Below are positions 19,692 to 29,747 of a stretch of 64,000 nucleotides of DNA, in pieces. This stretch comes from an uncultured Faecalibacterium sp. Lineage in GTDB: Bacteria; Bacillota; Clostridia; Oscillospirales; Ruminococcaceae. Location: positions 14,130 to 78,129 of the forward strand of contig CALKMA010000006.1 of the NCBI GenBank assembly GCA_937993755.1, in the 5' to 3' direction. Made by a program: the position numbers and the translations under genes. Positions within the stretch are counted from its first letter, which is position 1. Each line of letters starts with the position of its first letter. Under the pieces are notes generated by a model. The model saw only the letters and a program-made list of their open reading frames with translations, did no database searches and was not told the origin of the DNA.

Positions 19692-20263
19692 GGCCGAACC
19701 ATGCTTTTTGCGGGAATGGTGCGCGCCTTTTGCGGGATGGGTGAGCTTGAGGCGCCGCTCGCTGTTCGGCCGCTTGCGGAAAAAGGGTGTGCTTTGGCGG
19801 ACCTGCGCCCGCTGGCGGCCGCTTTGCGGAAAGCGGGCGCCGGCTGATGCCGGCCATCGAATGCTTTCGGGAAAGGGCATTTCGGCCGGTTTTTCAGGAA
19901 AAATGCGGCGGCACATGGGCAGCCCCGAAGGCACGCCGCTGTTTTTGGAGGATATGGGCGGTCGGGTTGACTCAGGCGGCCGAACCATGCTTTTTGCGGG
20001 AATGGTGCGCGCCTTTTGCGGGATGGGTGAGCTTGAGGCGCCGCTCGCTGTTCGGCCGCTTGCGGAAAAAGGGTGTGCTTTGGCGGACCTGCGCCCGCTG
20101 GCGGCCGCTTTGCGGAAAGCGGCCGCGGCTGATGCCGGCCGCCGAATACTTTCGGAAAAGGGCATTTCGGCCGGTCTTTCAAGAAAAATGCGGCGCGGCG
20201 GCACATGGGCAGCCCCGAAGGCACGCCGTTGTTTTTGGGGGATATGGGCGGTCAGCCGGCCTC
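19692..20263. repeat. tandem direct repeat, 286-bp unit x2, near-identical
   Basis: ggccgaaccatgctttttgcgggaatggtgcgcgcc… recurs at 19692 and 19978; the copies differ by a few SNPs and a 5-nt indel; internal sub-repeats ttgcggaaa(a)g(g)g. Confidence 0.85.
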
Positions 20264-20385
20264 GGAAGACGATCGGCCGCTTTTCAGGACAGATGCCCGG
20301 ATATTTTGGAGGCTTTGGCCGCCCGCCTGCCGCCCTGTCCCGCTGCTTGCCTGACGGTCAGAACCGGCGTCTCGCGATGCCGGCC

Positions 20386-21087
20386 CTATCGGCTGTCTTT
20401 ATAAGAGATGGTAAGCACGGCCGACGGCACGAAGCCCTCGGCGGCATAGGCATGCACCAGCTGCTTCTCGCAGATAAGATAGGCGTTCCGATAGCCGGCG
20501 GCGGCCGCGGCGGCCAGACGCAGCCCCAGTCGGTTGCCGCGATGGAGTGGCGGCACCGAGACCGACCCGATCACGGCGTAGCCGGGGCAGATGAAATCGG
20601 CGGCGGCCGCAGCGGCGGGACGGCCGTCCTGCTCGGCGAGGAACAGTGCCGCCACGCCGGCTGACGTGCGCCGCAGATACTCCACCAGCAGGCGGTCGGC
20701 CGCAACGCCTGAAACGCTGTGGATGATGCGGACGGCAGTAACAAGGTCAGCGGTGGGGCGGGCGGCCTCGGCATCTCCCGCATAGCGCATTTCCTGCACC
20801 GTGCGCGCGGTGCAGCCGTCCAAAGTGAGCGGCGAGGCCGAAAAGACGGCGGCGGCATCGCAGGCCCGCGCTATTGCTTCGATGCGGCGGCGCGCAAGGG
20901 GAGAGGGCTGGCCGCAGACATAGACGGTGCGGCTGAGCCAAGCGATCATACAGCTGCGGCGCTGCTCAAAGCCGGCGTCCTGCGCCCCCTGCCGGCAATA
21001 GGAGGCGATGGCCAGACAGATGGCGGCCAGCGAGCGCGGCCCGCGGTAGCCCTTGATAAAACGGGCGGTCAGCTCCTGCTGCTTCAT
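20386..21087 (-). CDS. hypothetical protein, possible GNAT-fold acetyltransferase
   Basis: 233-aa ORF overlapping the murD stop by 4 nt; its C-terminus (…ICEKQLVHAYAAEGFV) resembles a GNAT tail. Confidence 0.3.
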   Translation of the reverse strand: MKQQELTARFIKGYRGPRSLAAICLAIASYCRQGAQDAGFEQRRSCMIAWLSRTVYVCGQPSPLARRRIEAIARACDAAAVFSASPLTLDGCTARTVQEMRYAGDAEAARPTADLVTAVRIIHSVSGVAADRLLVEYLRRTSAGVAALFLAEQDGRPAAAAAADFICPGYAVIGSVSVPPLHRGNRLGLRLAAAAAAGYRNAYLICEKQLVHAYAAEGFVPSAVLTISYKDSR

Positions 21088-22463
21088 AGGGCGTTTACCA
21101 GCGCGGCAAAGCGGTCGCCGCGCTCACCGTAATTCCTGAACTGGTCGAAGCTCGCCGAGGCGGGGGAGAGAGCCACGCTTTCTCCCGGCCTTGCCTGTTC
21201 GCGGGCGAGCAGCACCGCCTCCTCCAGACTGCCGGCGTGCAGGATGACCGGTGAACCGTTGTAGCCCTCATAGCCGCGGACGGCGGCTTCTATCTTGCCG
21301 GCTGTCGCGCCGATGAGGATGAGCACGCGGACGCTGCGGCACATATCGGCCGACAGCTCGGTGAAATCCATGCCCTTGTCCGAGCCGCCGGCGATGACGA
21401 TCTGCTTTTTGGCGGGAAAGGCGCGCAGGCACATAACGGTGCGGCTGGGCGTGGTGCCGATGCTGTCGTTGTAGTAGCGCACACCGTCCAGCTCGCGCAC
21501 GAGCTGGATGCGGTGCTTGACGCCGCCGAAGCCGGCCAGCACGCGGCGCATATCATCGGGCGCGGCCAGCCCGCGCACGGCGGCAATGGCCGTCGCCGCG
21601 TTCATGATATTGTGAAAGCCGGGGAGCTTGATATCGGCCGTGTCGATGATTTTTTCGGTTCGGCCGCCATCGGCCAGCCAGAGGGCGCCGTCGCGCAGGA
21701 AAGCGCCGTTTTCAACGGTATGGGTCATGCAGAACAGGCGCTTTTCGCCGGCAAAGGCGCTGCCCATCTCCATGACGGTCGGATCGTCGGCGTTGAGCAC
21801 GCAGACGGTGGCGCCGCAGTCCAGGATACGCTTTTTGGCGGCGATATATTCGGCCATGTCGCGGTGATAATCGAGGTGGTTGCGGTGGATGTTGGTGATG
21901 ACCGCGACGGTGGGCGAGGTTTTGAAGGTCATGAGCTGGAACGACGACAGCTCGGCCACAACGATGTCCGAGGCCGTCATCTCTGGCAGGCGGGGCAGCA
22001 GCGGATCGCCGATGTTGCCGCCGAGGTGAACAGTGCGGCCGGCCTGCCGCAGCATCTCGCTGATGAGCGTGGAGGTGGTGGTTTTGCCGTCGCTGCCGGT
22101 GATGCCGATGGAGCGGCAGGGGCAGAGATCGAAGAACAGCTCGATCTCGCCGGTGAGCCTGACGCCGGCCTGCTCCGCGGCCCGGATGCCCGGCTCAAGC
22201 GGCGTGATGCCCGGCGAGCGGAAGATGAGATCAAAATCGGTCAGACGGTCGAGATAACCGTCGCCCATGCGGTATTCGATGGGCAGCCCGTTCAGCGCGG
22301 CGGCCGCCTTGGGCGAGAGCTGCGCGGCGCGGTCGCAGACCGTTACCTGCGCGCCGGCCTCGATAAAGGCCGGGATGATGCCGATATGGCTGACGCCGAC
22401 GCCCAGGAAAGCGACCCGCCGGCCGGCATAGCTTTGACAGAAGTCCTGAAAAATGTGGTTCAT
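21084..22463 (-). CDS. murD: UDP-N-acetylmuramoyl-L-alanine--D-glutamate ligase
   Basis: Starts MNHIFQDF… after a GGAGAA RBS; Mur ligase motifs GITGSDGKTTT and NADDP; ~460 aa. Confidence 0.9.
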   Translation of the reverse strand: MNHIFQDFCQSYAGRRVAFLGVGVSHIGIIPAFIEAGAQVTVCDRAAQLSPKAAAALNGLPIEYRMGDGYLDRLTDFDLIFRSPGITPLEPGIRAAEQAGVRLTGEIELFFDLCPCRSIGITGSDGKTTTSTLISEMLRQAGRTVHLGGNIGDPLLPRLPEMTASDIVVAELSSFQLMTFKTSPTVAVITNIHRNHLDYHRDMAEYIAAKKRILDCGATVCVLNADDPTVMEMGSAFAGEKRLFCMTHTVENGAFLRDGALWLADGGRTEKIIDTADIKLPGFHNIMNAATAIAAVRGLAAPDDMRRVLAGFGGVKHRIQLVRELDGVRYYNDSIGTTPSRTVMCLRAFPAKKQIVIAGGSDKGMDFTELSADMCRSVRVLILIGATAGKIEAAVRGYEGYNGSPVILHAGSLEEAVLLAREQARPGESVALSPASASFDQFRNYGERGDRFAALVNAL

Positions 22464-22557
22464 AGAGTTCTCCGAGGGCGCCGCCCTGACAGGGGCGCGC
22501 ACCGCTTGCGCCGGATACGGCGCGCAGTAAATATGACGGTACAGATTTTTACATTAT

Positions 22558-22592
22558 TTATATTATACCGCACCCGCCGGTAAATGCAACCG
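22558..22592 (-). promoter_or_regulatory. candidate sigma70 promoter for murD
   Basis: On the minus strand, TTGCAT, a 16-nt spacer and TATAAT lie ~90 nt upstream of the murD ATG; the -35 sits in the loop of a GC hairpin. Confidence 0.35.
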
Positions 22593-22992
22593 GGCGGGGA
22601 AGAAAAGGGGGGACGCGACAGGCTTTCAAAGCTAAACTGCCCAATTATCAAATGGCCTTGTGTCTGGTCTTGAGCAAAACCGAGCGACTTTTCCTATGGA
22701 AAGCCGCTCAAGCCTGCTATTCAATGCAAGAGCACAGGAGTTATGGCGTGTTCGGATGGTACGCAGTCTTATCCGATGTCCTATTTTATGTGGGGCACGG
22801 TTCGAAACGTGTACCTTATATAGCAGACCATGTTTACATATTTAAAAGAATTTTGCATCGGCTACGGCTGTTTATATTGTGCTTGAATGTCATAGCTTTG
22901 CAGCCAAACAAAACAGAAAGCACTTATGTTTTTGCTTTATTATGATTTTTTGCAAAATCACCAAGAAATTTTTGAAAAAGTACAGAAAAAGA

Positions 22993-23021
22993 TTGACAAC
23001 AAACAACTTTGATGCTATTAT
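22993..23021 (+). promoter_or_regulatory. candidate sigma70 promoter of the PTS island operon
   Basis: TTGACA-17 nt-TATTAT in an AT-rich gene-free stretch ~215 nt upstream of the IIC gene. Confidence 0.4.
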
Positions 23022-23238
23022 AAGAACACAAACAATCATAAACGAACATTATCAAACATAGAAAACGAATAACAGTGTTTTCCCATTGTGTTTGAGACCG
23101 TATTGCTGCCGGATACCAGCTCATCACTCCCAGGGCTGTTTTCTCAGTTATCCGGCAGCGAAAAGCGGTTGGCATTGCGGCTTTAACAGTTTCCCGGGGA
23201 ACTGTCAAAGAATATATAAAACGAAAGGGTATCACAAA

Positions 23239-24627
23239 ATGCTAAATTCCATCATTAATGGCATCCGCATTACTTTTGGTCAGTTTGAGCTGGTCATGGC
23301 AATCATCGTCTTGATTGGTCTGTTGCTCCAAAAGAAAAAAGCAGTTGATGTCATCAAGGGCGTATCCAAGGCAATGGTTGGCGTTATGATTCTGAAGCAG
23401 GGTTCCTCTCTGCTGCAGGAGGCTTATAAACCGGTTATGGAGATTCTGAAGAAAGCCTTCGGGGTCACCGGCATTGTAACGGAAAACTATACCGGTATGG
23501 CCAGCATCAACACCGCACTTCCGGAGGATATCATCAGCCTCGTACCGATGGTTCTGGTCTGTGCTTTTATCATCAACGTACTGTTGGCCCGTTTTACCCC
23601 GCTCAAGTACGTTTTCTTGACGGCCCACACTCTTCTCGCCATGTCAACACTCGTCACTTGGATTATGGTCTATTTCTTCCATGTTGACGGCGTTGTGCTT
23701 GTGCTCTGTGCAGCGCTGTTCGTTGGAATGTACAACACCATTATGCCGGCATGGGTACATAAGTACGCAAAGCCTTTCGTGGGCGACAGCTTTACGCTGG
23801 GTCATTTTAGCGGTATGTCGGCTATTATCAGTGCCAATATTGGCAAGCTTCTGGGCGGCTGGAAGAAGAATCACAAGCTGCATGAGGAGGAAGAGGCTAA
23901 CGATTCCAAGGGCTTTACCAAGATTTTCGCTGACAGCACCGTTGTTACTTTTTTGCTGATGACCGTTGTGCTCGGCGGCATCTGCCTTATTGCCGGCAAG
24001 GATTATATTCTTGAACAGTGCGGTTCGACTAACTGGGTCGTTTGGACGCTCGAACTCGGTGGTAGCTTCACTGTTGGCATCGTCGTGCTTCTTACCGGTG
24101 TGCGCATGATGATTGCTGAGTTGGTTCCCGCTTTCAAGGGCATTTCCGAAAAGCTTATCCCGAACGCTGTCCCGGCGCTTGATATGCCGGTTTTCTACCC
24201 GTTGGCTCCTTTTGCCTCGGTCCTCGGTTTCATCGGTGCTTTCATCGGTGAGTTTGTCGCATTCTTCATCCTGCTTGGCTGTGGCTCTCCCATTCTGATG
24301 ATTCCCGGCATCATTGCTACCTTCTTTGACGGCGGTATCGCCGGTGTCTTTGGCTACAAGTACGGCGACCGCAAGGGCGCTTTTGTTGGCGGCTTGGTCT
24401 GTGGTCTTGTTCAGATCCTTGGCGGTTTGGTATTCACCACGTGGTCAGGCTTAGCTGAGCTTGGTGCCACTTACGGCAACACGGACTTTGGTACAATTTG
24501 GATTGCCATTTCCGGCATAGCCAAGGTGCTCAGCAACGTATGGGTGTTTATGGCTGTTATCGTGGCGGTCTTTGTTGTGGCCTGCCTGCTGCTCAAGCCC
24601 AAGAAGAACGCTGAGCAGAATAAATAA
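23239..24627 (+). CDS. PTS ascorbate-family (UlaA/SgaT-type) transporter subunit IIC
   Basis: 462-aa polytopic membrane ORF MLNSIINGIRITFGQFELVMAIIVLIG… typical of the SgaT/UlaA family. Confidence 0.8.
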   Translation: MLNSIINGIRITFGQFELVMAIIVLIGLLLQKKKAVDVIKGVSKAMVGVMILKQGSSLLQEAYKPVMEILKKAFGVTGIVTENYTGMASINTALPEDIISLVPMVLVCAFIINVLLARFTPLKYVFLTAHTLLAMSTLVTWIMVYFFHVDGVVLVLCAALFVGMYNTIMPAWVHKYAKPFVGDSFTLGHFSGMSAIISANIGKLLGGWKKNHKLHEEEEANDSKGFTKIFADSTVVTFLLMTVVLGGICLIAGKDYILEQCGSTNWVVWTLELGGSFTVGIVVLLTGVRMMIAELVPAFKGISEKLIPNAVPALDMPVFYPLAPFASVLGFIGAFIGEFVAFFILLGCGSPILMIPGIIATFFDGGIAGVFGYKYGDRKGAFVGGLVCGLVQILGGLVFTTWSGLAELGATYGNTDFGTIWIAISGIAKVLSNVWVFMAVIVAVFVVACLLLKPKKNAEQNK

Positions 24628-24770
24628 CCGACTCTCTTTTCTGCCCGGCGCATGAGTTCGCCGTGCGTCGGGCAGAAGGCATATGGTTTTTTGAAGGAAT
24701 TTATGATACAATAAAAATAGAAACAAAAATCCTCAAAAACCACTTTGCAAAGAAAAGGAGCCGAACATAA

Positions 24771-25541
24771 ATGATTGCCGCTGAAAGACAGGACCTCATC
24801 CTGCGCAAGATCCGTGCAAACCGTATCGTCTCGGTTGTTGAACTGGCCCGGGAACTGAACACGACCGAGATTACCATTCGCCGTGACCTCGATTTTCTCG
24901 AGAAGCAGGGGTGGCTGATACGGTCGCACGGCGGCGCCATGCTCAACGAAAAGGTCGCCTTTGAATCGGATTTTTCCATCCGCAAGGCTGAGCGACCTGA
25001 GATTAAGACGCTGATTGCCAAAAAGGCGGCAGCAATGATCACGGAGGGCGAATGCATCGGCCTTGATATCGGCACAACTGCCTTTGAAATGACGCGGTTT
25101 GTGCGTGATATTCCCAATCTGAAAGTCATTACAGCGTCTGTGCCGGTGGTGGCCGAGTTGGCCTTGGCGCCCATGGCCCGCGTTATCTGTGTTGGCGGCG
25201 AATTGTCCCGAAAGGATATGTCGCTGGTCGGGCAGAACGCCATTCGCACACTTCAGGAATATATTCTTGATCGAGTATTTCTCGGTGTGGCGGGCATCTC
25301 ATTCAAGTATGGCTATACGCTTTACAATTATGAGGACGCTCTTGTCAAGCGGGTGTTAGTCGAACGGGCGCGTGAGGTCGTGATTGTTTCAGATTCCAGT
25401 AAGATTGGCCTTGAGCGGCACGCCTTTATGGCGCCTATCGAGGCGGCACAGAAGCTGGTGACCGATTCGGGCATCAGCAGGGAGGACATCAAGCGGTTCG
25501 AGAGCTATGGCGTCGAGGTCATTATTGCCGACGCCGAATAG
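24771..25541 (+). CDS. DeoR/GlpR family transcriptional regulator
   Basis: N-terminal HTH (ILRKIRANRIVSVVELARELNTTEITIRRDLDFLE) plus a C-terminal sugar-phosphate sensor domain. Confidence 0.85.
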   Translation: MIAAERQDLILRKIRANRIVSVVELARELNTTEITIRRDLDFLEKQGWLIRSHGGAMLNEKVAFESDFSIRKAERPEIKTLIAKKAAAMITEGECIGLDIGTTAFEMTRFVRDIPNLKVITASVPVVAELALAPMARVICVGGELSRKDMSLVGQNAIRTLQEYILDRVFLGVAGISFKYGYTLYNYEDALVKRVLVERAREVVIVSDSSKIGLERHAFMAPIEAAQKLVTDSGISREDIKRFESYGVEVIIADAE

Positions 25542-25576
25542 CCCTTCGCCGCATAACTGAAAGTGAGGATAAAACC

Positions 25577-25858
25577 ATGTTGAGAGTTTATACAGTTTGT
25601 GTCAACGGAATGGGGTCAAGCCTGATCCTTCGTATGACCGTTGAGCGCGCTTTGAAGCAGCTTGGCCTCGATGCTGAAGTTGAAGCTATTGACCTCGGCA
25701 GCTTTAACGGCCGCAGAAGGCCGGATCTTGTCGTTACCACAGCGGCCATTGCCCGCAACATGGAGCCGCAGGAGGGAATGGCAATCGCTACGATCGTCAA
25801 TTTCACCGATATTGATACCGCACGCGAGAATATTCGCAAGGCGCTGAATCTGGAATAA
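25577..25858 (+). CDS. PTS sugar transporter subunit IIB (ascorbate/galactitol type)
   Basis: 93-aa MLRVYTVCVNGMGSS… with the active-site Cys in a CxNGxGSS context. Confidence 0.8.
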   Translation: MLRVYTVCVNGMGSSLILRMTVERALKQLGLDAEVEAIDLGSFNGRRRPDLVVTTAAIARNMEPQEGMAIATIVNFTDIDTARENIRKALNLE

Positions 25859-25940
25859 AAGATATAAAAATAAAGACTTGAGTTTCGGAATTTCCCGTGG
25901 CTCAGGCTTCGTGTACCCTAATTTGTGATTGGAGATAATT

Positions 25941-26744
25941 ATGTGGACTGAAGAGGTGTTTGCCCGGACTCGCCCGGCAATCGCAATGGTCCATTTGGAC
26001 GCGCTGCCGGGTGCCGTTACGTTCGATACGACGGGTGGCCTTCAGCGCATATGCGAGCATGCAGCCTATGATTACAACGCGCTTGCCGATAACGGCATCG
26101 ATGCTGTCATCTTCTGCAATGAGAATGATAAGCCCTATACACGGAGGGCAGGCCCTGAAACAACCGCAGCCATGACAGCTGTTGTCAGTTATGTTATGAA
26201 ACAGGCGGACACCGTTGTGCCGTTCGGCATTGATATCCAGTGGGATCCAATGGCGGCCATCTCCGTAGCAGCCGTTACCGGCGCTGTCTTTGCGCGTGGC
26301 ATTATGTGCGGCACCTTCTGCGGTGACCTTGGCTTTTATACGCCTGATCCGCTTGAGATTGTGCAGTACCGCAAGCGCATTGGCGCTGAAGGAGTCAAGC
26401 TGATTACCAACCTTGTGCCGGAGTTTTCCTATGCCCTTGACAGGCGCGACATCTGCCTGCGCGCGCAGACGGTAGCCAAAAGCTCTATGATGGACGGCAT
26501 CTGTGTTTCTGGCACTATGGCAGGCGGCGAAGCGCCATTGACGCAGCTTATCAGCGTCAAACAGGCACTGACTTCAACGGATATGCCGGTGTTTGCCAAC
26601 ACAGGAGTGACACCGGAGAATGTCAGGGACATTCTGTCGATTGCTGATGGCTGTATTACAGCTACCTGCTTGAAGGTCGGTCGCAACGGCCACAATCGCA
26701 TTGACCCGGCCAATGTCAGAAATTTTGTCAGCCAACTTGACTGA
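25941..26744 (+). CDS. BtpA/SgcQ family TIM-barrel protein (copy 1)
   Basis: Starts MWTEEVFARTRPAIAMVHL… after a GGAGA RBS; BtpA/SgcQ-like. Confidence 0.7.
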   Translation: MWTEEVFARTRPAIAMVHLDALPGAVTFDTTGGLQRICEHAAYDYNALADNGIDAVIFCNENDKPYTRRAGPETTAAMTAVVSYVMKQADTVVPFGIDIQWDPMAAISVAAVTGAVFARGIMCGTFCGDLGFYTPDPLEIVQYRKRIGAEGVKLITNLVPEFSYALDRRDICLRAQTVAKSSMMDGICVSGTMAGGEAPLTQLISVKQALTSTDMPVFANTGVTPENVRDILSIADGCITATCLKVGRNGHNRIDPANVRNFVSQLD

Positions 26745-26768
26745 GCAGTTCAAGAAAGGATAAATACA

Positions 26769-27725
26769 ATGAAACGCATTGAAACTGTTTTGGGGCCTGT
26801 TGCCCCTGAGAAGATCGGCTTTACCGACTATCACGATCATTTGATCACCATCGGCGGCGGCGAGGAAAAGGCCGACCGCGATCTGCGTCTGGACCGTGTT
26901 GATTATGCCATTGACGCCATGAAGGAGTTCAAGGCGGCCGGCGGTGACTGCTTGGTCGATATGAACCCCATCGACTGTGGCCGTCAGATCGAAATGCTGC
27001 GCGAGATTGCCGAAAAGTCCGGCGTCAATATTATCTCCTGCACCGGGTTCCAGCGCTCTATTTACTATGATGCTGAGCACTGGGTCAACAAGTATTCAGT
27101 CGATGAAATTGCCGAGCTTATTGCACAGGAAATCACAGAGGGCATTGAGATTAATAACTACAACGGTCCCATTGTGCGCCGCAGCAAAGCCAAGGCCGGT
27201 GTTATTAAGTTTGCAACCCATTACAATATGATCAAGCCGATGGAGCGTCGTGTTATTGAAGCCGTTTGCAAGGCGTCGCTCAAGACGGGTGCCCCCATAT
27301 CGACGCACACCGAGCGCGGCACCATGGGACTGGAATGCATCGACCTTGTTGAAAAGTTCGGCGTCGATCCGCGCCGCGTCACTCTTGGCCATGTCGATCG
27401 CAACCCCGATCTCAGCTACCATAAAAAGATGGCTGCCCGCGGCGTGACGTTGGGATACGATGGTCCTTCCCGTGCTAAGTACTGGCCCGACAGCGTACTG
27501 GTCGAGCTCATCAAGGGCATGTGCGACGCAGGCTATGCCGACAACATCATGCTGGGCGGTGACAACGGCCGCGCAACCATGTGGAAGCAGTATTTCGGCG
27601 CCTATGGCCACAACTACATCATCGAGCATTTTGTGCCGCGCCTACTTGATGAGGGCATCTCGCAGGAAGACATCTACAAAATGACTGTTCTTAACCCGCG
27701 CCGCCAGTTCACCATCGAGGGCTGA
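26769..27725 (+). CDS. phosphotriesterase-family (Php-like) amidohydrolase
   Basis: 318 aa with GFTDYHDHL HxH metal ligands and further His/Asp ligands; phosphotriesterase homology protein family. Confidence 0.85.
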   Translation: MKRIETVLGPVAPEKIGFTDYHDHLITIGGGEEKADRDLRLDRVDYAIDAMKEFKAAGGDCLVDMNPIDCGRQIEMLREIAEKSGVNIISCTGFQRSIYYDAEHWVNKYSVDEIAELIAQEITEGIEINNYNGPIVRRSKAKAGVIKFATHYNMIKPMERRVIEAVCKASLKTGAPISTHTERGTMGLECIDLVEKFGVDPRRVTLGHVDRNPDLSYHKKMAARGVTLGYDGPSRAKYWPDSVLVELIKGMCDAGYADNIMLGGDNGRATMWKQYFGAYGHNYIIEHFVPRLLDEGISQEDIYKMTVLNPRRQFTIEG

Positions 27726-27728
27726 GCA

Positions 27729-28190
27729 ATGCCGAGTGAGATCTTTGGCGAGCGCGTCTATGCCAAACGCCACGCCGCCGATTGGGAGGACGCTGTTGAG
27801 TTGGCCGGAAAGATTTGGCTGGCCGAGGGAAGCTGCGACCGCAGCTACATCAACCTCGTTAAGCAGCAGATGCAGGAAAACAACGCCTATGCTGTCATCT
27901 TGCCCGGTTTGGTGCTGCTGCATGCCGAAGCCGGTCACGGCGTTTTCAAAAATACCCTCATGCTCATCACACTCGATCAGCCGGTCGAGTTCGGTCATCC
28001 CGACAATGATCCGGTCGATACCATGATCTGCTTTACCTCCGTTGGCAAGAATGACCATATCGACAGCATGAAGCGCATTGCCAATATGCTGCTCGACGAT
28101 GATTTTGCCGATCGCGTCAGAGGGGCGGATACCGATGAGCAGTTGATGAAAATCGTCAAGGCGCTGGAAAATGGCGCAAAGGAGAAATAA
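27729..28190 (+). CDS. PTS sugar transporter subunit IIA (EIIA-2 / ascorbate-mannitol type)
   Basis: 153-aa ORF with conserved His in the LLHAEAGHG region; of IIA-2 size. Confidence 0.65.
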   Translation: MPSEIFGERVYAKRHAADWEDAVELAGKIWLAEGSCDRSYINLVKQQMQENNAYAVILPGLVLLHAEAGHGVFKNTLMLITLDQPVEFGHPDNDPVDTMICFTSVGKNDHIDSMKRIANMLLDDDFADRVRGADTDEQLMKIVKALENGAKEK

Positions 28191-28939
28191 TGACAAGAAA
28201 AATCTCTGAAATGACTTGGCAGGACGCTCAGAAGTGCATCCCGGGGGCCCCGTTTGTTTTCGTGCCGGTCGGCTCAGTTGAACAGCACGGCCCGCATATG
28301 CCGCTTGGAACCGACAACTATACCGCCGAGGATGAGAGTTTGCGCTGCGCCGAAATGGTTAACGGCTTGGTGCTTCCCTGCATCAACTACGGCCAAATCT
28401 GGTCCCACAATGATTTCTACGGTGATGTGTGGCTGTCCCCCAATACTCTCAAGCAGGTACTCAAGGAGATTGCCATCCGCCTTAAGGGCTTTGGTGCGCA
28501 GAACATCGTATTTCTGTCGGGTCACGGCGGCAACATGAGTGTTATCAAGGAGGTTGCCCGCGAGCTGTATGATGAGCAGGATATGCACAATATCTACTAT
28601 TTCTGCCAGTACAAGATTATGGAGCTGACTGATGACCTACGCAAGTCGCCGGTGTTCAGCCGTGCATCCTGTATTCATGCGGAGGAGACGGAGACCTCGA
28701 TGATGCTGGCTATCCGCCCAGACCTTGTCAAGATGGACCGTGCTGTTGCCAACTACCCTAAGGTGCCGGTCTACAACTCCTGCAGTGCCGTCAAATGGAG
28801 TGAGTACAATCATATCGGCAGCTTCGGCGACCCGACGCAGGCCACGGCTGAGGCCGGCGAGATTATGCTTGACCGGATGTGCCGTGCCATCGCCGACACG
28901 CTGCTTGCCTGTGTCGAAGCCAAAAATAAGGAGAACTGA
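28190..28939 (+). CDS. creatininase (creatinine amidohydrolase) family protein
   Basis: 249 aa with the family motifs GSVEQHGPHMPLGTD and LSGHGGN. Confidence 0.8.
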   Translation: MTRKISEMTWQDAQKCIPGAPFVFVPVGSVEQHGPHMPLGTDNYTAEDESLRCAEMVNGLVLPCINYGQIWSHNDFYGDVWLSPNTLKQVLKEIAIRLKGFGAQNIVFLSGHGGNMSVIKEVARELYDEQDMHNIYYFCQYKIMELTDDLRKSPVFSRASCIHAEETETSMMLAIRPDLVKMDRAVANYPKVPVYNSCSAVKWSEYNHIGSFGDPTQATAEAGEIMLDRMCRAIADTLLACVEAKNKEN

Positions 28940-28943
28940 TCCC

Positions 28944-29747
28944 ATGGAATGGATTAAAGAAGTATTTGGTACCTGCAAGCCTATCATTGCCATGTGCCAT
29001 ATGCCCGCTATGCCGGGTGACCCCTATTATGACAAGCTGGCCGGTATGACCAAGGTGCTCGACAGTGCTCGCCGTGACCTGCACGCGTTACAAAACGGCG
29101 GCGTCGATGCCGTTATGTTTTCCAACGAATACAGTCTGCCCTACCTGACTGAGGTGCGCCCTGAGACGGTCGCCGCTATGGCACGCGTCATCGGTGAGCT
29201 GCAGAGCGAGATTTCTATTCCCTACGGCGTCAATTGTCTGTGGGATCCCATCGCGTCGCTCGATCTGGCTGTCGCCGTTGATGCCAAATTTGTACGCGAG
29301 ATATTTACCGGTGTCTATGCCAGTGATTTCGGTCTTTGGAATACCAACTGCGGCAAGGTTGTGCGACATCTGCGCGAGATCGGAGCTGAAAACGTCAAGC
29401 TGCTGTTCAACATTGTGCCCGAGGCGGCTGCCTATCTGGCACCGCGCGGCATCGAGTCGATTGCCAAAACCACTGTTTTCAACTGTCGCCCCGATGCGCT
29501 GTGCGTCTCCGGCCTGACTGCCGGTTCGGCCACCGACATGTCAACGTTGGAAAAGGCTAAAAGTGCTGTCGGCGATACGCCCGTGCTTGCCAACACCGGT
29601 TGCCGCAAGGAAACCATCGAGAGCATCCTCAAGTTGGCAGACGGCGCTGTTGTCGGCACCACATTCAAGTTTGACGGCAAGTTTGAGAACAACACCGATG
29701 TGAGCCGTGTAAAGGCTTTCATGGAGGTTGTCCGCAGCTGCCGCTGA
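28944..29747 (+). CDS. BtpA/SgcQ family TIM-barrel protein (copy 2)
   Basis: Starts MEWIKEVFGTCKPIIAMCHM… after an AAGGAGAA RBS; paralogous to 25941-26744. Confidence 0.7.
   Translation: MEWIKEVFGTCKPIIAMCHMPAMPGDPYYDKLAGMTKVLDSARRDLHALQNGGVDAVMFSNEYSLPYLTEVRPETVAAMARVIGELQSEISIPYGVNCLWDPIASLDLAVAVDAKFVREIFTGVYASDFGLWNTNCGKVVRHLREIGAENVKLLFNIVPEAAAYLAPRGIESIAKTTVFNCRPDALCVSGLTAGSATDMSTLEKAKSAVGDTPVLANTGCRKETIESILKLADGAVVGTTFKFDGKFENNTDVSRVKAFMEVVRSCR

Noticed and set aside
18379-20664. 761-aa ORF on the plus strand
   Set aside because: It is antisense to the YnbB-family gene and then runs through the 286-bp tandem repeat. It is a shadow ORF.
22652-22945. 97-aa ORF in the AT-rich gap upstream of the PTS island
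   Set aside because: It has no RBS and hydrophobic low-complexity composition, and it lies in a presumptive promoter or leader region. It is more likely non-coding.
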